A program made the translations under genes and the position numbers. DNA of 38,920 nt, from positions 1 through 38,920 of the forward strand of contig JAHHUH010000018.1 of NCBI GenBank assembly GCA_020024105.1. Reading direction: 5' to 3'. Position 1 is the first letter of the stretch, and each line of letters starts with the position of its first letter. Source of the stretch: Phascolarctobacterium sp. (GTDB taxonomy: Bacteria; Bacillota; Negativicutes; Acidaminococcales; Acidaminococcaceae). Shown here piece after piece: positions 33,920 through 38,920 of the stretch. The notes beneath the pieces were generated by a model. That model searched no databases and was not told where the DNA came from. It was given only the letters and a program-made list of their open reading frames with translations.

Positions 33920-34112
33920 TTCTCTAAAATGTCAGATTTTACTGAAAAGATAATTAACAATAATGATTATCTTTTTTCGCTTTTTTGCCATAAAATACCC
34001 TTGTACTATTCTTGGGGACTTGTTATAATTTAAATATCACAACGGTGATTTAATGTTTGTAAAATTTTAAAATCTCTTGGTAAAAAAAAATTTATTGAAA
34101 GAAGGTTGACAG

Positions 34113-34565
34113 ATGAAAAAAGCTATCTTTGGATTTTTGGCAGCGTTGGCTGTAGGAGCTATGATTCAGACCCCGGTATTGGCTCAAGAGTATAACCCCT
34201 TTGACAATATGTATAAAGCAAATGCTAGACAGGAAACAGTGGCTGGTCAGACACAATTCGTTTATGTTTTGCAGGATGTTCAAGGACAACCACTGACTAA
34301 TGCAACACTGGAGTATTTTGACTACGCAGGTGTGCTTCATAGTGCAGCAGCAGATGCTGATGGTAAAGTTCGCGTAACCTTTACTTCTGGTACTCCTTTC
34401 GTTCAGCTTCGTGGCGTAATTGTTAATGGTAAGTTCTTACAAGCTATCGGCGATGATATTTCCGCTGATGCAGATATCAAAGATATGAAAAAGGGCGAAG
34501 TAGAATACTTTGTTCTGCAACAGGATGCTGGTAGAAGCATCGTTCATGTTTATGATGCAGACTAA
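34113..34565 (+). CDS. Hypothetical secreted protein (signal peptide MKKAIFGFLAALAVGAMIQTPVLAQE)
   Basis: 150 aa. Signal-peptide-like N-terminus with AXA-type cleavage context. GAAGG RBS. Confidence 0.5.
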   Translation: MKKAIFGFLAALAVGAMIQTPVLAQEYNPFDNMYKANARQETVAGQTQFVYVLQDVQGQPLTNATLEYFDYAGVLHSAAADADGKVRVTFTSGTPFVQLRGVIVNGKFLQAIGDDISADADIKDMKKGEVEYFVLQQDAGRSIVHVYDAD

Positions 34566-34591
34566 CGGATGTTTCTAGTAGCCTCCAATAA

Positions 34592-34625
34592 GGCCCCGAG
34601 CTAGGCTCGGGGTTTTTCTTTTCTG
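34592..34625 (+). terminator. Rho-independent terminator (CCCCGAGC tag GCTCGGGG plus T-rich)
   Basis: Read directly. Confidence 0.75.
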
Positions 34626-34668
34626 TAGATGTTATTGGACTAGCTATACTGGATTTTAGCTGAGAGCT

Positions 34669-36117
34669 TTGCTTTTTTTACTGGGCATGGTTTATAATAA
34701 TATTAGAAAAATTATCGGGGAGGTTATTATGAAGAAACTGTGGATAAATTTTTTGATAATGTGTTATTGCCTTGCCTGTACAGCTGTAGCAGGAGCTCGT
34801 AATCTGCAGGAGGATTATAGGGATGCCTATTTAACCTCTGTTGCAGCAGCCTCCTGTCTGGGTGTATATATGCCCTATGATTCTGCGGAATTTAGTTATC
34901 TGCGCTACCATGGCTGGGAGATTGTGCCTTATACGCAAAAGGAGGAGGGTGTTAAGGCCTATTACAGTGTAGCGCGTAACAGCTGTCCTCAGACTGGTCA
35001 GGTAGTATATATGGTGACCGTTAAGGGTAGTAGTACCAAGGGGGACTGGGAGGTTAATTTTAAAACGGACCAGGTAAACTTTGGTGGACAGGACATGGCT
35101 TCCATGGAGGCCTTGGCCGAGCAGCCACGGCTTAAACATGGCCCTACTGTTCATAAGGGCTTTAATGAATATACCAATGTTATCCTGAATACCAGTGTGG
35201 TGAATACTGATGGAGAGCTGGAGGGACTGTACAAGCTGGTGCGGGATGATGCGAATACCTATCTCATCCTGACCGGACATAGCCTGGGCGGTGCAGTAGC
35301 TACACTTTTGGGTGAAAGATTGTTAAGTTTGGGGATTTCCTCTGAAAAAATGATTGTTATTACCTTTGGGGCTCCGGCTATTGGTAATGATGTTTTTGCA
35401 GATACCTATGGGGACAGATTGCATCTTTTGCGGGTAACGAATACAGCTGACCCTGTACCCGGTAGTCTACAGACCTTCTTTGGCGGCTATAAGCAGTTTG
35501 GGAAAAATATTAAATATAGCATTTCTACTAGGGCTACTACGGAACAGCATGCTATTTCCTTATATACGGATCAGAGCATTTCCCGTTATTATGAGTGCTT
35601 TGACCGGGCTGTCAGTGCTGGACTGGATCAATACCTACCCTATCGTCGCACTACGGAGAATGTTCCCCTGGTGGCTTTGTGGATTCAGAGCTCTCCTGTG
35701 ATGGATGCTAAGAAATATGTTCCTGATGTCAAGCGTCTGCTGAGTGATGAATATAAGCTGCTGCTACCCTCCTATATGGTAATGGACAATAACCTGGATA
35801 TACATCGTCATGGTTATGAAGATATTATACGGGCTAGTAAGGCCGCAGGTGCGGATTATGCTCTTATCATAGGCATAGACGGCCATCAGTTGCGGGAAAC
35901 CAGTCAATGGTATATTGCCTTGGATCAGGGGCTGTTTACAACCTCAGGTGAGCTGGTCAGTGTGGGGCGTTATGCGACTAAGGTTCATCCTGCCGTAGGC
36001 ACCATTCATGCAACCGGTCAATTATTTTTGCAGGCCAAGGATGTACTGGCATCTAAGGTTCCCTTCCAGCTGGAAGAAACCAAGCTCAGCCTGCCTAATT
36101 TTAGAGGTGGACAATAA
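34669..36117 (+). CDS. Secreted class-3 lipase-like alpha/beta hydrolase
   Basis: Nucleophile elbow LTGHSLGGAVATLLG. Probable start ATG 34720 (MKKLWINFLIMCYCLACTAVAGA signal peptide) after GGGGAGG. Confidence 0.7.
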   Translation: MLFLLGMVYNNIRKIIGEVIMKKLWINFLIMCYCLACTAVAGARNLQEDYRDAYLTSVAAASCLGVYMPYDSAEFSYLRYHGWEIVPYTQKEEGVKAYYSVARNSCPQTGQVVYMVTVKGSSTKGDWEVNFKTDQVNFGGQDMASMEALAEQPRLKHGPTVHKGFNEYTNVILNTSVVNTDGELEGLYKLVRDDANTYLILTGHSLGGAVATLLGERLLSLGISSEKMIVITFGAPAIGNDVFADTYGDRLHLLRVTNTADPVPGSLQTFFGGYKQFGKNIKYSISTRATTEQHAISLYTDQSISRYYECFDRAVSAGLDQYLPYRRTTENVPLVALWIQSSPVMDAKKYVPDVKRLLSDEYKLLLPSYMVMDNNLDIHRHGYEDIIRASKAAGADYALIIGIDGHQLRETSQWYIALDQGLFTTSGELVSVGRYATKVHPAVGTIHATGQLFLQAKDVLASKVPFQLEETKLSLPNFRGGQ

Positions 36118-36752
36118 TGGAGTTAGATGAATTAGGCCAGGCTCTGAGCCAATGCCGGAGCTGTCCATTACGTCAGGATGCTTTGGGGCCGGTGGGCTGG
36201 TTTGGCAATCCTCAGAGTCCCATCGTTTTTGTGGGTGAGGGTCCTGGCGGTGTGGAGGATGAATACGGCTGTCCTCTGATTGGTCCTTCCGGACAGCTGT
36301 TGGATAAAGCTCTCTGGGCTGCTAAAATGACCCGTGACCGGGTGTTGACGACTAATGTAATAAAATGTCGTCCCAAGGGAAACCGTACCCCTGATGTAGC
36401 GGAGGCTGATTTTTGTGCCAAGCAGTGGCTGGACCGGGAGCTGGCCATTATCCAGCCCAAGGTTATTGTAGCCCTGGGTGGGGTAGCGATGCATTATCTG
36501 GGCAACAAGGACATGCGCATTACCAGGGATAGGGGGCAATGGTTCCGTACGGAGCAGGGTTTTGACTGTCTGGCTACCTATCATCCGGCCTATCTTCTCC
36601 GCCTTTATGGCAGGGACCTGGTAAAGGCCAAATGGGATGTGTTCTATGATTTGGAAGCAGCTAGAAAGCGGGCCGAGGAGCTGGCACCGGGCTATCAGTT
36701 TATGTCCGAAGCCAAGGTGGACCTGTTTAAGCTGTATCAGAAGAGACGGTAG
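36117..36752 (+). CDS. Uracil-DNA glycosylase, family 4
   Basis: 211 aa. Motif A VFVGEGPGGVED and motif B region ...HPAYLLR... Conserved Cys (4Fe-4S ligands). Confidence 0.85.
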   Translation: MELDELGQALSQCRSCPLRQDALGPVGWFGNPQSPIVFVGEGPGGVEDEYGCPLIGPSGQLLDKALWAAKMTRDRVLTTNVIKCRPKGNRTPDVAEADFCAKQWLDRELAIIQPKVIVALGGVAMHYLGNKDMRITRDRGQWFRTEQGFDCLATYHPAYLLRLYGRDLVKAKWDVFYDLEAARKRAEELAPGYQFMSEAKVDLFKLYQKRR

Positions 36753-36817
36753 AAAAAAAGTTTTATGGAATATTAGTGAAATTCTTATGTTTTTCACAAA
36801 AATAGTATATAATGTGA

Positions 36818-37252
36818 ATGAATCAACTTATAGAGCCTGTTGATACAAGAAAGAATGGAGTGAATATCATGGCAAAAAGAAAATTTTTTATCTGCAAACA
36901 CTGCGGTAATATCGCAGGTATGGTAATTGACGCAGAGGTTCCGATGACCTGCTGCGGTGAAAAAATGGCTGAGCTGGTACCGAATACCGTTGATGCTGCT
37001 CAAGAAAAGCATGTTCCCGTTGTTGCTGTAGAAGGTAACCTGGTAACTGTTAAAATAGGTGAAGTAGCCCATCCCATGCTCTCCGAGCATTTCATTAACT
37101 GGGTATATCTGGAAACTGAAAAAGGTGGCCAGCGCAAGATTTTGAATCCTGGTGAAGCACCGGAGGTAACCTTTGCTTTGACTGCGGATGACAAGGCTGT
37201 TGCCGCATATGAATATTGCAACCTGCATGGTCTCTGGAAAAAAGAACTCTAA
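36818..37252 (+). CDS. dfx: Desulfoferrodoxin (superoxide reductase)
   Basis: N-terminal desulforedoxin-like CKHCGN...CCG Fe(Cys)4 site. C-terminal neelaredoxin-type region (EKHVPV...H..NW..E). The real start is probably ATG 36869 (MAKRKFFICKHC) after GGAG. Confidence 0.85.
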   Translation: MNQLIEPVDTRKNGVNIMAKRKFFICKHCGNIAGMVIDAEVPMTCCGEKMAELVPNTVDAAQEKHVPVVAVEGNLVTVKIGEVAHPMLSEHFINWVYLETEKGGQRKILNPGEAPEVTFALTADDKAVAAYEYCNLHGLWKKEL

Positions 37253-37267
37253 GCTATAGTTAAAAAA

Positions 37268-37345
37268 TGGCAGTACTGATAAATTATCAGTACTGCTTTT
37301 TTTATAAACAAATGCTCCCCAAGCCGGTGGCCCAGGGAGCATTTT
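37268..37345. terminator. Tandem bidirectional terminators (GCAGTACTGATAA/TTATCAGTACTGC plus T7, then AATGCTCCC ... GGGAGCATT)
   Basis: Read directly. Lies between convergent dfx (+) and the ABC-F gene (-). Confidence 0.8.
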
Positions 37346-37364
37346 TAGTAAATTTTTTATCAGC

Positions 37365-38920
37365 TTAAATAATTTTAGTGGTCCAGTCTTCAATATTCCA
37401 GACCTTGTCCACCCAGCCCTCATAAAATTCGGGCTCATGGGAAACCAGGAGGACGCTGCCTTTAAATTCCTTAATGGCGCGCTGTAATTCTTCCTTGGCC
37501 TCTACGTCCAGGTGGTTGGTGGGTTCGTCCAGTACCAGCCAGTTAATATCCTTCAGCATCAGCTTGCACAGGCGTACCTTGGCAGCCTCGCCACCACTCA
37601 GGACGAAGACCTTGCTGGTGATATGCTCATTAGTCAGACCGCAGCCGGCCAGAGCGGCACGAACCTCGTAATTGGTCAGACCGGGATATTCGTTCCAGAC
37701 ATCCTCCAGAGCGGTATTTTCGTTTTTATCCCTTTCCTCCTGTTCAAAATAACCAGGTGCAAGGAATTCGCCCAACTCTACCTTACCGCTGACAGGAGGA
37801 ATAATACCTAAAATAGTTTTTAAGAGGGTGGTTTTACCCAGACCGTTCACGCCACGAATAGCGATTTTCTGACCACGCTCCAGATTAAAGCTTACAGGAC
37901 GGGTGAGGGGTGTATCGTAGCCCAATACCAGGTCCTTAGCCTCTACGATGAAGCGGCTGGGAGTGCGGGCTTCACGGAATTTGAAGGTAGGCTTCAGTTT
38001 TTCACGGGGCTTTTCGATCATATCCATCTTGTCCAGCTTACGTTGACGGCTTTTAGCCATGTTGGTGGTAGCAACCCTGGCTTTATTACGGGCAATGAAG
38101 TCCTCCAGCTTAGCAACCTCCTGCTGTTGACGCTCGTAGGCACTTTCCTTTTGCGCCTTGTAGATGGCATACATTTCCTGGAATTTATCATAGTTACCGG
38201 TATAACGGGTTAATTCGCAGTTTTCCAGATGGTAGATAACATTGACTACCTGGTTAAGGAAGGCCACGTCATGGGAGATGAGGATGAAGGCATGCTCATA
38301 ATTCTGTAGGAATTTTGTCAGCCATTCAATATGCTCCACGTCCAGATAGTTGGTGGGCTCGTCCAGCAGAAGGATTTGAGAATTTTGCAGTAACAGCTTG
38401 GTCAGCAGAACCTTGCTGCGTTGACCACCGGAAAGCTCACTGACATCCCTGTCCAGGCCGATACCGCCCAGACCTAGACCGTTGGCAACCTCTTCGATTT
38501 TAGCGTCCAGGGAATAAAAGCCGCTGTGCTCCAGCTCGGATTGGATTTCGCCGACGGTATTCATCATTTTATCCATTTCTTCAGGAGTAGCATCGCCCAT
38601 TTTTTCGTACAGCTCCAGCATTTTAGCTTCGCTGGCGTAGAGCTCATCAAAGGCAGTATGCAAAACCTCGCGGATGGTCATACCCTTTTCCAGGGTACTC
38701 TGCTGGTCCAGATAACCGACGGTAACCTTACCAGGCCATTCTACACGGCCTTCATCCGGCTGCAGGTGGCCGGTAACGATATTAAGAAAGGTGGATTTAC
38801 CCTCGCCGTTGGCACCGACCAGGCCGACATGCTCACCACGTAAAAGTTTAAAAGAAACATTCTCCAAAATTTGGCGTCCGCCAAAGGAATGGGAAACATT
38901 TGTAACATTTAAATAACTCA
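37365..38920 (-). CDS. ABC-F family ATPase (two tandem ABC domains, no TM domain). 5' end runs off the window.
   Basis: Two Walker A (GANGEGKSTF, GVNGLGKTTL). Two signature/Walker B sets (LSGGQRSKVLL...LLLDEPTNYLD and LSGGEAAKVRL...LVLDEPTNHLD). Linker typical of ABC-F. The ORF stays open in frame to 38920 (...SYLNVTNVSHSFGGRQILENVSF...). Confidence 0.9.
   Translation of the reverse strand, partial: SYLNVTNVSHSFGGRQILENVSFKLLRGEHVGLVGANGEGKSTFLNIVTGHLQPDEGRVEWPGKVTVGYLDQQSTLEKGMTIREVLHTAFDELYASEAKMLELYEKMGDATPEEMDKMMNTVGEIQSELEHSGFYSLDAKIEEVANGLGLGGIGLDRDVSELSGGQRSKVLLTKLLLQNSQILLLDEPTNYLDVEHIEWLTKFLQNYEHAFILISHDVAFLNQVVNVIYHLENCELTRYTGNYDKFQEMYAIYKAQKESAYERQQQEVAKLEDFIARNKARVATTNMAKSRQRKLDKMDMIEKPREKLKPTFKFREARTPSRFIVEAKDLVLGYDTPLTRPVSFNLERGQKIAIRGVNGLGKTTLLKTILGIIPPVSGKVELGEFLAPGYFEQEERDKNENTALEDVWNEYPGLTNYEVRAALAGCGLTNEHITSKVFVLSGGEAAKVRLCKLMLKDINWLVLDEPTNHLDVEAKEELQRAIKEFKGSVLLVSHEPEFYEGWVDKVWNIEDWTTKII

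Noticed and set aside
36168-36797. 209-aa minus-strand ORF antisense to the uracil-DNA glycosylase gene
   Set aside because: The UDG frame carries clear family-4 motifs. The antisense ORF has none and no RBS.
1-38920. CRISPR arrays, tRNA/rRNA genes, transposases or integrases
   Set aside because: I scanned both strands for regularly spaced short direct repeats, cloverleaf-compatible 70-90-nt segments with CCA-type ends, and DDE or tyrosine-recombinase-like ORFs. None found. The only long repeat is the duplicated C-protein cassette.

Overview
This 38.9-kb window comes from a Firmicutes-like anaerobe (inferred from gene content) whose ordinary core DNA (about 50-55% GC by eye) is interrupted by two low-GC accessory islands that carry the defence content. 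Core genes include cstA, a split B12-dependent methionine synthase with metF, cysE next to a gltD-like oxidoreductase, desulfoferrodoxin, a family-4 uracil-DNA glycosylase, ybaK and an ABC-F ATPase. Island 1 (1 to about 9.5 kb) holds (a) a complete controller (C) protein / gamma-class N6-adenine methyltransferase / putative endonuclease operon (type II restriction-modification), (b) a HEPN-motif protein and a DUF2971-like protein, and (c) a second, paralogous C-protein gene whose promoter/operator/5' end (128 bp) is an exact direct repeat of the first. This second C gene is followed by a frameshifted, truncated C5-cytosine-methyltransferase remnant and then a 943-aa single-polypeptide fusion of an N-terminal PHP phosphoesterase domain with a Rad50/SbcC/SMC-like ABC ATPase (split head plus long coiled coil). 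That fusion protein is the most interesting candidate defence effector in the window. Island 2 (about 17.7-23.3 kb) carries an HNH_2 nuclease, a NUDIX hydrolase coupled to a PLD(HKD)-nuclease / SF2-helicase / DUF3427-like 965-aa protein, and a Fic protein. Also notable: two overlapping WYL-domain regulator genes next to a roughly 230-nt GC-rich, highly self-complementary non-coding element upstream of an SPFH gene, a frameshifted COG3315-type SAM methyltransferase, and a terminator-containing leader in front of metF-metH. I found no tRNA, rRNA, CRISPR array or obvious transposase or integrase.
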